A model generated the notes under the pieces. The model did no database searches and was not told where the DNA came from. It was given only the letters and a program-made list of their open reading frames with translations. 64,000 nt of DNA from Macrostomum lignano. Lineage: Eukaryota. The stretch spans positions 1-64,000 of the forward strand of contig NIVC01001193.1 in the NCBI GenBank assembly GCA_002269645.1, read 5' to 3'. Positions 25,301-39,200 of the stretch are shown in pieces. Both the position numbers and the translations under genes were made by a program. Positions within the stretch are counted from its first letter, which is position 1. Each line of letters starts with the position of its first letter.

Positions 25301-28300
25301 GCAGAGAGGTAGGGAGAGAGACGCAGAGAGGTAGGGAGAAAGACGCAGAGAGGTAGGGAGAGAGACGCAGAGAGGTAGAGAGAGAGACGCAGAGAGGTAG
25401 AGAGAAAGACGCAGAGAGGTAGGGAGAGAGATGGCAGGGAGGGAGATGGCAGGGAGGGAGATGGCAGGGAGGGAGATGGCAGGGAGGGAGATGGCAGGGA
25501 GGGAGATGGCAGGGAGGGAGATGGCAGGGAGGGAGATGGCAGGGAGGGAGATGGCAGGGAGGGAGATGGCAGGGAGGGAGATGGCAGGGAGGGAGATGGC
25601 AGGGAGGGAGATGGCAGGGAGGGAGATGGCAGGGAGGGAGATGGCAGGGAGGGAGATGACAGGGAGGGAGATGGCAGGGAGGGAGATGGCAGGGAGGGAG
25701 ATGGCAGGGAGGGAGATGGCAGGGAGGGAGATGGCAGGGAGGGAGATGGCAGGGAGGGAGACGGCAGGGAGGGAGATGGCAGGGAGGGAGATGGCAGGTA
25801 GGGAGACGGCAGGGAGGGAGACGGCAGGGAGGGAGATGGCAGGGAGGGGGATGGCAGGGAGGGAGATGGCAGGGAGGGAGATGGCAGGGAGGGAGATGGC
25901 AGGGAGACAGATGGCAGGGAGGGAGATGGCAGGGAGGGAGATGGCAGGGAGGGAGACGGCAGGGAGGGAGATGGCAGATAGGGAGACGGCAGGGAGGGAG
26001 ACGGCAGGGCAGTAAGCAGGGCAGAAGCCGAGACGCTGGGCAGTAGGAAGAAGACAGAATGCAGATGGCTAAAGGCAGTCGGGAAGCCGCGTACAGGTGC
26101 TTAACAGCTATGCAACTGACAGGTGTGCGTGTTGGGACTAATTAAGCAAGATGTCTCAGCTAGCTGTCGCAATGGGCACTGCTGCTTCTCAAAAATTTAA
26201 AGCAGAGATTAAAGCGGGATGAAAGCATTTCCATGCGGGAATCCCATGCGGGATGAGTCTCTTACAATGCAGTGATTCGTTCCGACAGCAGATTGTCAAC
26301 TGAAGCCGATTGAAACCGGCTGGCTGATGACAGGCCGCCGGCGCCGACGGCGCGGACAAGGACGCGGTGAGCGACGCCGCTGGCGGAAGCGGCGAAGCTG
26401 GGACTTGAGAATCGATCAAATAGCTTCTGCTTCTGTGCAGGCTGAGGCGGCTGCGGTGAAAGGTGGAAAGGAAAGCTAAAGGCATGCAAGCACTGTGACA
26501 AGCACTGTGACAAGCACTGTGACAAGCACTGTGACAAGCACTGTGACAAGCACTGTGACAAGCACTGTGACAAGCACTGTGACAAGCACTGTGACAAGCA
26601 CTGTGACAAGCACTGTGACAAGCACTGTGACAAGCACTGTGACAAGCACTGTGACAAGCACTGTGACAAGCACTGTGACAAGCACTGTGACAAGCACTGT
26701 GACAAGCACTGTGACAAGCACTGTGACAAGCACTGTGACAAGCACTGTGACAAGCACTGTGACAAGCACTGTGACAAGCACTGTGACAAGCACTGTGACA
26801 AGCACTGTGACAAGCACTGTGACAAGCACTGTGACAAGCACTGTGACAAGCACTGTGACAGACACTGTGACAGGCAATGTGACAAGAACTGTGACAGACA
26901 CAAAACGAACACTGTAACAGGCACGAAAAAAGCACTGTGACAGAAACACAGAAAGCACTGTGACACAGCAAGCACAGTGACACAGCAAGCACAGTGATGC
27001 AGAAAGCAAGTTACACAGCAAGCACAGTGTGACACAGCAAGCACAGTGACCCAGCAAGCACAGTGTGACACAGCAAGCACAGTGACACAGCAAGCACAGT
27101 GACACAGCAAGCACAGTGACACAGCAAGCACAGTGACACAGCAAGCACAGTGACACAGCAAGCACAGTGACACAGCAAGCACAGTGTGACACAGCAAGCA
27201 CAGTGACACAGCAAGCACAGTGACACAGCAAGCACAGTGACACAGCAAGCACAGTGACACAGCAAGCACAGTGTGACACAGCAAGCACAGTGACACAGCA
27301 AGCACAGTGACACAGCAAGCACAGTGTGACACAGCAAGCACAGTGACACAGCAAGCACAGTGACACAGCAAGCACAGTGACACAGCAAGCACAGTGTGAC
27401 ACAGCAAGCACAGTGTGACACAGCAAGCACAGTGACACAGCAAGCACAGTGACACAGCAAGCACTCACCGCCCCAAAGGTGGCACCAATATCTGCATAAA
27501 CAGACGAAGGCAGAGGTTGCAGCTGCGGCGGCGGAGGCGTCGGTGGAGTCTCGTGCACGTCGGCGCTGACCGTGACGCTGCCGGAGCTGCCGACGCTGCC
27601 AACGGCCATTGTGTAAGCCGGCGGAGCCGCGGCAACGGCAGCCGCGCCCGCCGCAGAAGCCGCAGAAGACGCCGCCGCAGTCCAAGGCCGAACTATTCGA
27701 CCTTGACAACGCCTGGCAACTAAAAGGCGGACTCGACCAGAAGAGGAAGCGGAAGCTGAGGAAGAACCGGAAGTGCTGGCGTTGTTAGAAGCGGAAACGG
27801 AAGATGAGGAGGCAGCTGCCGCGTGGACAGCCCTGCGCAGGACAGACATGGCGGCCGGACTGCCTAAGCCGGACAAAGAAGTGCCGTTCACGGACAGCAG
27901 CTGATCGCCTTCTCGAAGTCGGCCGTCCTGTCAATTATTATTATAAATGTCAGACATGTCAGTCGTTTTTATGTATAGATGTCAAAATCTACTCGGGGAT
28001 GTCAAGGTCTACTCAGAGATGTCAGAGTCTACTCAGGGATGCCAGAGTCTACTCAGGGATGCCAGAGTCTACTCAGGGATGTCAGAGTCTACTCGGAGAT
28101 GTCAGAGTCTACTCAGAGAAGTCAGAGTCTACTCGAGGATGTCAGAGTCTACTCAGGGTAGCCAGAGTCTACTCAGGGATGTCAGAGTCTACTCGGGGAT
28201 GTCAGAGTCTACTCAGAGATGTCAGAGTCCACTCGGGGATGTCAAAGTCTACTCAGGGATGTCAGAGTCTACTAGAGGATGTCAGAGTCTACTCAGAGAT

Positions 28301-31300
28301 GTCAGAGTCTACTCGGAGATGTCAGAGTCTACTCGGAGATGTCAGAGTCTACTCAGGGATGCCAGAGTCTACTCAGGGTAGCCAGAGTCTACTCAGGGAT
28401 GTCAGAGTCTACTCGGGGATGTCAAAGTCTACTCAGAGATGTCAGAGTCTACTCGGAGATGTCAGAGTCTACTCGGAGATGTCAGAGTCTACTCAGGGAT
28501 GCCAGAGTCTACTCAGGGTAGCCAGAGTCTACTCAGGGATGTCAGAGTCTACTCGGGGATGTCAAAGTCTACTCAGAGATGTCAGAGTCTACTCGGGGAT
28601 GCCAGAGTCTACTCAGAGATGTCAGAGTCTACTCGAGGATGTCAGAGTCTACTCAGAGATGTCAGAGTCTACTCGAGGATGTCAGAGTCTACTCAGAGAT
28701 GTCAGAGTCTACTCGGGGATGCCAGAGTCTACTCAGGGATGTCAGAGTCTACTCAGACATGTCAGAGTCTACTCAGGGATGCCAGAGTCTACTCAGGGAT
28801 GTCAGAGTCTACTCAGACATGTCAGAGTCTACTCAGGGATGCTAGAGTCTACTCAGAGATGTCAGAGTAAAAAAACAAAAGCAACAACTGCTCACCAAAT
28901 CAGCGGCTCCGCCTTGGATAACAGTTTTGATGAAGACGCCGGTCTCGGCCCCGGAGACTGGCCGGCACTTGACGCTGACGCCCAGACCGGCGCCAGCGCC
29001 GGCGCCAGCGCCGGCGCCAGCAGCGGTGGCTTGCTGACCGAGGACAATGTCCATGGCGTACACCAGCTGCTGCGGCCCCTCAGAACCGCTGGTCTGATTG
29101 GATGCCTGAGAGAATTTTGGGTCAGACTGTGACTAGACTGATTACAGACTGGGTCAGGATGTGACTAGACTGATTACAGACTGGGTCAGGCTGTGACTAG
29201 ACTGATTACAGACTGGGTCAGGATGTGACTAGACTGATTACAGACTGGGTCAGACTGTGACTAGACTGATTACAGACTGGGTCAGGATGTGACTAGACTG
29301 ATTACAGACTGGGTCAGACTGTGACTAGACTGATTACAGACTGGGTCAGGATGTGACTAGACTGATTACAGACTGGGTCAGACTGTGACTAGACTGATTA
29401 CAGACTGGGTCAGGATGTGACTAGACTGATTACAGACTGGGTCAGGATGTGGTTAGACTGATTACAGACTGGGTCAGACTGTGACTAGACTGATTACAGA
29501 CTGGGTCAGACTGTGACTAGACTGATTACAGACTGGGTCAGGCTGTGACTAGACTGATTACAGACTGGGTCAGGCTGTGACTAGACTGATTACAGACTGG
29601 GTCAGGCTGTGACTAGACTGATTACAGACTGGGTCAGGCTGTGACTAGACTGATTACAGACTGGGTCAGGATGTGACTAGGCTGATTACAGACTGGGTCA
29701 GGCTGTGACTAGACTGATTACAGATTGGGTCAGGCTGTGACTAGACTGATTACAGACTGGGTCAGGCTGTGACTAGACTGATTACAGACTGGGTCAGGCT
29801 GTGACTAGACTGATTACAGACTGGGTCAGGCTGTGACTAGACTGATTACAGACTGAGTCAGGCTGTGACTAGACTGATTACAGACTGGGTCAGGCTGTGA
29901 CTAGACTGATTACAGACTGGGTCAGGATGTGGTTAGACTGATTACAGACTGGGTCAGACTGTGACTAGACTGATTACAGACTGGGTCAGACTGTGACTAG
30001 ACTGATTACAGACTGGGTCAGGCTGTGACTAGACTGATTACAGACTGGGTCAGGCTGTGACTAGACTGATTACAGACTGGGTCAGGCTGTGACTAGACTG
30101 ATTACAGACTGGGTCAGGCTGTGACTAGACTGATTACAGACTGGGTCAGGGTGTGACTAGGCTGATTACAGACTGGGTCAGGCTGTGACTAGACTGATTA
30201 CAGATTGGGTCAGGCTGTGACTAGACTGATTACAGACTGGGTCAGGCTGTGACTAGACTGATTACAGACTGGGTCAGGCTGTGACTAGACTGATTACAGA
30301 CTGGGTCAGGCTGTGACTAGACTGATTACAGACTGAGTCAGGCTGTGACTAGACTGATTACAGACTGGGTCAGGCTGTGACTAGACTGATTACAGACTGG
30401 GTCAGGCTGTGACTAGACTGATTACAGACTGGGTCAGGCTGTGACTAGACTGATTACAGACTGGGTCAGGCTGTGACTAGACTGATTACAGACTGGGTCA
30501 GACTGTGACTAGACTGATTACAGACTGGGCCAGGCTGTGACTAGACTGATTACAGACTGGGTCAGGCTGTGACTAGACTGATTACAGACTGGGTCAGGAT
30601 GTGACTAGACTGATTACAGAATGGGTCAGGATGTGGTTAGACTGATTACAGACTGGGTCAGGATGTGGTTAGGCTGATTACAGACTGGGTCAGGCTGTGA
30701 CTAGACTGATTACAGACTGGGTCAGGCTGTGACTAGACTGATGACAGACTGGGTCAGGCTGTGACTAGACTGATTACAGACTGGGTCAGGCTGTGACTAG
30801 ACTGATTACAGACTGGGTCAGGCTGTGACTAGACTGATTACAGACTGGGTCAGGCTGTGACTAGACTGATTACAGAATGGGTCAGGATGTGGTTAGACTG
30901 ATTACAGACTGGGTCAGGATGTGGTTAGGCTGATTACAGACTGGGTCAGGCTGTGACTAGACTGATTACAGACTGGGTCAGGCTGTGACTAGACTGATTA
31001 CAGACTGGGTCAGACTGTGACTAGACTGATTACAGACTGGGCCAGGCTGTGACTAGACTGATTACAGACTGGGTCAGGCTGTGACTAGACTGATTACAGA
31101 CTGGGTCAGGATGTGACTAGACTGATTACAGAATGGGTCAGGATGTGGTTAGACTGATTACAGACTGGGTCAGGATGTGGTTAGGCTGATTACAGACTGG
31201 GTCAGGCTGTGACTAGACTGATTACAGACTGGGTCAGGCTGTGACTAGACTGATTACAGACTGGGTCAGGCTGTGACTAGACTGATTACAGACTGGGTCA

Positions 31301-31936
31301 GGCTGTGACTAGACTGATTACAGACTGGGTCAGGCTGTGACTAGACTGATGACAGATTGGGTTAGAACTCTTAGCTACACCCATTGCTAAGCATGGCAGA
31401 CTACAAAGTACTGTACCATTTACCATAAAGATGATCCCGGAAGTAACATTCTGTTACTGTTGCGGCACCCGCCAGCACATCGGCACCCAAGCACTTGCGC
31501 GCCCTTGCCCGGCCTCTTCAACGCTTCCTCATAATTCTTTGGCATAAAAGAACGTCTGTCTGTACTATACTGCATCCTATTAAGATTTAGAAGTAGAGAA
31601 GAAGAGTGCCCGGGCGGAAAGCTGGGCTGGAGCTTGGAGACGAGGGGTCAACAATATGTAGTTGGCTCAGTTATTTAGCATTACGGTGGCTCCCGCCCGC
31701 CGGGAAAGTGAAAAGCATGAGGTCTGCAGAAAAATTAAGGATAGAAAAATTATTCAAGAGGAACCTGGAGCTACGAGAGCTAAGCAGTGCGGGCGGGCAC
31801 AAATCAGATGGAACCGGCCACCCCGCCCCAGACTGTCCTCCCGCTCTCCCCAGTAGAGGGATGAAGTCCGACAGAGAGTCACAGACTGAGGCGGGCAAAC
31901 ACTCACTAACTGTGACAGTCAGTCAGACAGACAGGC

Positions 31937-31968
<32 letters not shown>

Positions 31969-31971
31969 CTA

Positions 31972-32005
<34 letters not shown>

Positions 32006-32177
32006 AATGCAAGGCAGACAGAATGCAAGACAGACAGACAGACAGAATGCAAGGCAGACATTAGTTAAAAGGCACACAGAGCAGCAAAAACAGATAGACG
32101 GGAGAGGCAGAGTTGACCAGCCGTTGCTCACATCTATCACTCTATGCATAATGAGGGGCTAATGAAGCGAGTTGCGA

Positions 32178-32213
<36 letters not shown>

Positions 32214-32867
32214 ATTTCATCCCACGCCCTTCCCTCATCGCAGTCCCCAATTCTGCCACAGCCTCGCACACTTCGCCTCTCTGTCTCAAATTATCCGATA
32301 GTAAGATTTAGCACAAGATTATCACGAATGAAGGCGCTAAAGAGGGCGTTGAAACGGCGGCTGGCGAACATTTCATCGTAAAAAAAATAAATATTCGCAC
32401 AAGGGCTGCGGGCACCCCGGTGCAAAGGATTCGGCGACATGGTCCAGAGCAAGCCCCAAAGGAATGTGTTTGTGTGCACAAGCCCCAAAGGAATGTGTTC
32501 GTGCACGAAATCGAACCAGGGTTTGTGACGCGAGATTCAGACGCGATTATCGCAGAGCCGCTCCAGGCTGCCTCATTCAAATCTTATTCATTCAGAAGCA
32601 GTACTACTTATACACAATAGAGACTATTGTAGCCTACAGAGTCTTGACCTGCTGACGATGCGTACATATCCACCGTGTCCTGCTGAGTGGAGCGGTCACA
32701 CACGAACAGAAATTGCATTGGTAGATTGAGGAGGCTAAAGAGGGAGGCGCTGGGCTAGGGTGCACGGCAAGGGAAAGGAAGAAGAGAGAGAGTCTGTGTG
32801 ATGAGGCGTTTTATCTAGTTAAAGCCTCACAGTTTGTGGAGGCCAGATTCCAGACTAAAGAGGAGCT

Positions 32868-32904
<37 letters not shown>

Positions 32905-35900
32905 TTCCCCCAGCAACAGTTATCGACCCTCCAAGTGAGAGGAAGAGACAGGCTCATATAGGATCGGAATGCAACTGCCGATTAGTTAGTCACACCTCGC
33001 GGAGTGCGAGGATTTGGAGCGTGGGGTTGGGGCGAGGTGCTTTTCTCCCAAAGTTTTTTGTTGCAAAGTTTCTTTTTCTCGGTTTTCTGTTTTAAAAAAA
33101 CGCGCGAGCCTTTGACCAGAGGCCAAGGGGCACAGGGGGGTTAGTTAGGGAAACTGGGAGGGACAGAGCATGACCCGAGCACTGGCTAAACAATGAAAAC
33201 TTAGTCAGGAAGTGCAGACGCCCAGAAACTCCTCTCAATTTCCTTTTATATTGTTTTTCCCCTAGAATAATAATACTTCAACTACTATGTAATATGATGG
33301 ACATTAGTGTGTGTGTTTTTTAACACAATCGACCTTGTACGCCCGATGGCAACGGGGCGGGGCCGGGGCGATGCAAGAAAGGACGAATGCAGCGGCTACG
33401 AGTGCTCAGCCCAATCCCAGCCCTTTGTTGCGGCTTACTGATGAGGCTGGGATAAGACACAAGGGGTGAGAGAGAGAGGCTGCAGGAGGGCTATGATAGT
33501 TATTTTAGATTCGAGGTCTCTGATCTCTCTTTTATCAAAATTTTTAACAACCGGACAACCCCGGTCGGATTATAATTAATCAGATTATAATAATTACAAA
33601 ACCATTTTGCTGCAGGCTTTTCTTTGAGGTAAAGAGAAAGAGAAAATTATGATAATAATAATGATGTATTTCTTTGCCAAGTAGAATCTTAATAGGGCCG
33701 ACTTTTTTAATATCGTTTCTCCTCTTCTTTGGCTGCTACGCACGACCAGATTTACAGATGATCGGTTAAAAAGGGGGCTGAAAGATGAAAGATTAAACCC
33801 TTTGGCCTGCAGCAGAACCGACTGCTTTGAAAGAGCAAAAGAGAAACGACTTGAAACATATTCTTTAGCAAGTTAAGATCCTGCCCTTGCCCTCTCAAGC
33901 CGCCCGCCCAGTTGCGGGTACAGAGAAGGAATTAAAGGGGGGGGGCAGAAAGTCCAATGTGGCCCCAATCCCAGTGCCCCGACTCCCCGTTGCTAGGGCG
34001 CACCCAGCCTTCCGCCTCGATTATAGGTGGGTCACCGTGGCCTACTAAACAGATCAAAGTATTTTGTTAGCCAATCACTTCTTTGAGTTGTATTTGAGTT
34101 GGGAGCTTGACTTTCAGTACAATGCGCGGAATAATGAAGCTTGGGTATCAGCACCGCCTCTCTGTCACTGAAGCTTGGGTATCAGCACCGCCTTTCTGTC
34201 ACTGAAGCTTGGGTATCAGCACCGCCTTTCTGTCACTGAAGCTTGGGTATCAGCACCGCCTCTCTGTCACTGAAGCTTGGGTATCAGCACCGCCTCTCTG
34301 TCACTGAAGCTTGGGTATCAGCACCGCCTTTCTGTCACTGAAGCTTGGGTATCAGCACCGCCTCTCTGTCACTGAAGCTTGGGTATCAGCACCGCCTCTC
34401 TGTCACTGAAGCTTGGGTATCAGCACCGCCTCTCTGTCACTGAAGCTTGGGTATCAGCACCGCCTCTCTGTCACTGAAGCTTGGGTATCAGCACCGCCTC
34501 TCTGTCACTGAAGCTTGGGTATCAGCACCGCCTCTCTGTCACTGAAGCTTGGGTATCAGCACCGCCTCTCTGTCACTGAAGCTTGGGTATCAGCACCGCC
34601 TCTCTGTCACTGAAGCTTGGGTATCAGCACCGCCTCTCTGTCACTGAAGCTTGGGTATCAGCACCGCCTCTCTGTCACTGAAGCTTGGGTATCAGCACCG
34701 CCTCTCTGTCACTGAAGCTTGGGTATCAGCACCGCCTCTCTGTCACTGAAGCTTGGGTATCAGCACCGCCTCTCTGTCACTGAAGCTTGGGTATCAGCAC
34801 CGCCTGTCACTGAAGCTTGGGTATCAGCACCGCCTGTCACTGAAGCTTGGGTATCAGCACCGCCTGTCACTGAAGCTTGGGTATCAGCACCGCCTCTCTG
34901 TCACTAAAGCTTGGGTATCAGCACCGCCTGTCACTGAAGCTTGGGTATCAGCACCGCCTGTCACTGAAGCTTGGGTATCAGCACCGCCTGTCACTGAAGC
35001 TTGGGTATCAGCACCGCCTGTCACTGAAGCTTTGGTATCAGCACCGCCTGTCACTGAAGCTTGGGTATCAGCACCGCCTCTCTGTCACTGAGACTTGGCG
35101 CTATCAGAAATCGCTGAAGCAGAATGAGAAGCAGAAAGCGCTAGCAAGCAAGTTTATACGTTGGTCTAGTACGGTAGATCCCCCCCCGCCCGCAGACAAG
35201 CTGAGAAAGAGAAAGAGAAAAGAGAGATGGCTGAGTTTTCAAGTGGAACTGTGGACTGGATGAGGGATCGCCAGCGGGACGGGCCTTCGCTGAAATTTCT
35301 AATTAATCGGGCGCGCTGTCGCACAAGGGGAGTAGAATGGCTTGGGGACAGCGGAACCAACAGGGTGAGGAGTGGGGCAAATTCGCTGAGGAAGCAGCAG
35401 CAGGATAGGGCGGGGCGGACGAGCTGAAAGTGAAAAATCGGCTTCAGAGAGCAGACTGAGGATGACGGGAAGCTACCAAGGGTTGGCAGTTTTAATCGAC
35501 TAAAGTTCCGCCCGATTGAAGGCGCCCCAGACTCGCTTTCTCCTCTCCCACTCTCACTCTCGTCTAGCTCCTGCCCTCACTCTAGGCGCACTCGTCTGTC
35601 ACTAGCGCGTGAACGGGTTGCCACTACCGCCTTCAAATCACTCTTCGCTGTTGGACAGGATAGAGAGAGAGGGATAGATAGAGATATGGAGAGGGGAGAG
35701 GGAGAGAGTGAGAGAAAGACAGAGGGTGATGAAGCGAGAGGGTAGAGAGAGGGAGATAGAGAGGGAGAGAGGGGGGAGAGGGAGAGACGGAGCTGGAGAC
35801 AGGAGAGAGCGAGGGAGATAAAGAGAGAGAGGGAGGGAGGTAGAGAGGAGAGAGGGAGAGAGAGGGAGAGAGAGAGCGAGGGATATAGAGAGGAGAGAGA

Positions 35901-35984
35901 GATAGAGAGAGAGATGGAGAGAGAGATGGAGAGGAGGGAGAGAGAGAGAGTGAGAGAGAGAGGGAGAGAGGTAGAGAGAGAGGT

Positions 35985-36019
<35 letters not shown>

Positions 36020-36142
36020 GAGAGGAGAGAGAGGAAGAGGGAGAGAGGGAGGAGAGAGATGGAGAGAGACGGGGGGAGAGAGCGAGGGAGATAGAAAGGA
36101 GAGAGGGAGAGAGTGAGAGAGTGAGAGAGATAGAGAGGAGAG

Positions 36143-36206
<64 letters not shown>

Positions 36207-39200
36207 AGAGGAGCGATGGAGAGAGAGAAGAGGAGAGAGAGGAGAGAGTGGCGAGATGGAGAGACGGGGGCAGCTTCAGCTTCCACACTGGAACAGCTGT
36301 GCAGCCGCAGAGAACAGATAAGCAGCCGTGGCAGTAGCAGTGTGGCTATGTCAGTATTCCGACTCTCATCCACTACTTCCTACTTTCGCTCTCTCTCTCT
36401 CTCTCTCTCTCTACTCTGCATGTCGTTATCTTTGGGCAATTGGGCGAGACCTTGTGTCAACTTTCACTTCCCTCTCTCGCTCTCCCGAACGGCGAGCACA
36501 GAAATTCGGTTGGAATGAGGGCTGGGGCAGGGTGAGAGCTCGGGAGATAAGCCAGGCTCAAGGTAGGGTATTAAGTCAGCTAGCGGGACAGTTAAGTCCG
36601 CCCCAGCAGGACAGCCTCGAGGTCTTCGGGGTTGAGGGTGGAGGCTGCCTCAATGCGAGGCGAAAGATGCTATATAAGCTGCAGCTGTGCTGGCGGGATA
36701 ATATAGTGGAATCGATGCAATCGAATGTGGTACACGGCTACATAAGATTGGGGCGCAGGGTTCTCCCTACAGGTTGCTGGGCCAGAGAGTGGAGTGAGGA
36801 TGGGGGACGCAAGTCGGACTGGGGCGGCTGGCACCAGCCAGTCACCCAAGGGGGACGGGCCGCCGGGAGTCAGCAAGCCAAAAGTGCACGCGGGGCTGTT
36901 TTATTATTAAGTGTCGATAAAAAGATGGGCGGCAAAATATTTTATAGATGAGAGCTTTCTCTCACTCTCACTCTCTTCTCCCTGCTGAGCAAGAAATGTA
37001 ATTACATATTTTTCAGTCTGGGCTAGAACCAGTACGACTCAAATTTCTAGTGCAAGGCTGAACTATCTTCAAGTTGCATTTCAGCTACACGTACAAAGCT
37101 TAGCTCCTAAATAAGCATTTTCTATGGTATGATTAAAACTGATGGAAAACTGATAGGAAGAGAATAGTAAATGACAAACAGATTGGAATTGGAAAGAGAT
37201 GTTGGAGATGCGATGAGGAGAGACGAGATCTGGGAGATGAGATGTGAGAGATGAGATGTGGGAGATGAGATGTGGGAGATGAGATGTGGGAGATGAGATG
37301 TGGGAGATGAGATGTGGGAGAAGAGATGTGGAAGAAGAGATGTGAGAGAAGAGATGTGGGAGATGAGATGTGAGAGATGAGATGTGAGAGATTAGAAGTG
37401 AGAATGAGAAGTGAGAGATGAGATGTGGGAGATGAGATGTGGGAGATAATATGTGGTAGAAGAGATGTGGGAGATGAGATGTGGGAGATGAGATGTGAGA
37501 GATGAGATGTGAGAGATTAGAAGTGAGTGATGAGAAGTGAGAGATGAGATGTGGTAGATGAGATGTGGGAGATGAAATTTGGAAGATGAGATCTCATAGG
37601 AGATGAGATGTGGGAGATAATATGTGGTAGAAGAGATTGGGAGATGAGATGTGGGAGAAGAGATGTGAGAGATGAGATGTGAGAGATGAGAAGTGGGAGA
37701 TGAGATGTGGGAGATGAGATGTGGGAGATGAGATTTGGAAGATGAGATCTAAGAGATGAGAAGTGGAATATAAGTAAAGGAGACATGAGAAGTGGGAGAA
37801 GGGGGTTAGAAATGAGAGAGAGAGAAGAAGGGTCGGACAAGTGGGAGGAGAATTGGGAGAACGGGGAGAAATGGGAGACGGCAAAGATTGGGTCGGGAGA
37901 AATGCCCGGGGAAGACCGTCGCGGTCACTGAGAGACGGGTGGCTGGAGAAGAGAGGAGAGGAAGAAAGTGGAGCAGGCAAAGAAAACGGACACGCCAAGA
38001 GGTCAATATTGTGATAGGGGGGATATCAGTTGACCAAGCCCTACATGCACTAAGCCGTGAGCGAGCTAAACTTAGGCATGCGAAGCTGGAATTTAATTGC
38101 ACTGGTCTGGTCCCCCGATCTCTCGCTAGTATCCGGATTGCTCACTTCTAATAGCGCAACGCTAATAATTCATTTATTAATGTTGTGTGCGTGCGTGTTC
38201 CTTTTTTTAACTGGTTCCAAGCAATTCCATTGGGATACTAAAGCTCTGGCTATGGGATTATTTTAATACTCTACTTGTTCAATGCTTAATGCGGCCTGTC
38301 CCTGCTCAGTATGCTGCTGAGTCTGATAGCTGAATCCGATAGCTGAGTCTGATACGAGCTAGCTGAGTCTGATAGCTGAGTCTGATAGCTGAGTCTGATA
38401 GCTAAATCCGATAGCTGAGTCTGATAGCTGAGTCTGATAGCTGAGTCTGATAGCTAAATCCGATAGCTGAGTCTGATAGCTGAGTCTGATAGCTGAGTCT
38501 GATAGCTGAATCTGATAGCTGAGTCTGATAGCTGAATCTGATAGCTGAGTCTGATAGCTGAGTCTGATAGCTGAATTTGATAGCTGAGTCTGATAGCTGA
38601 GTCTGATAGCTGAATCTGATAGCTGAGTCTGATAGCTGAATCTGATAGCTGAGTCTGATAGCTGAATCCGATAGCTGAATCTGATAGCTGAGTCTGATAG
38701 CTGAATCCGATAGCTGAATCTGATAGCTGAGTCTGATAGCTGAGTCTGATAGCTGAGTCTGATAGCTGAGTCTGATAGCTGAGTCTGATAGCTGAGTCTG
38801 ATAGCTGAGTCTGATAGCTGAGTCTGATAGCTGAGTCTGATAGCTGAGTCTGATAGCTGAGTCTGATAGCTGAGTCTGATAGCTGAGTAGGGAATGGCTG
38901 CTGAGTCTGTATAGCTGAGTAGGGAATGGCTGCTGAGTCTGTATAGCTGAGTAGGGAATGGCTGTTGAGTCTGTATAGCTGAGTAGGGAATGGTTGCTGA
39001 GTCTGTATAGCTGAGTAGGGAATGGCTGCTGAGTCTGTATAGCTGAGTAGGGAATGGCTGCTGAGTCTGTATAGCTGAGTAGGGAATGGCTGCTGAGTCT
39101 GTATAGCTGAGTAGGGAATGGCTGCTGAGTCTGTATAGCTGAGTAGGGAATGGCTGCTGAGTCTGTATAGCTGAGTAGGGAATGGTTGTTGAGTCTGTAT

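Noticed and set aside
25431-29132. Long ORFs (MAGRE repeats, Cys/Val-rich, MSESTQ repeats)
   Set aside because: They arise from tandem arrays inside par-3 introns; only the listed exon segments have splice sites and family motifs.
33436-33470. CTGATGA hammerhead-core-like motif (also near 50445 and 60756)
   Set aside because: No stem II followed by GAAA, and no flanking helices.
31400-37100. Promoter-like GA-rich unique segments and short ORFs in the 10-kb par-3 intron (possible alternative first exons)
   Set aside because: No coherent exon structure or homology could be established without transcript data.
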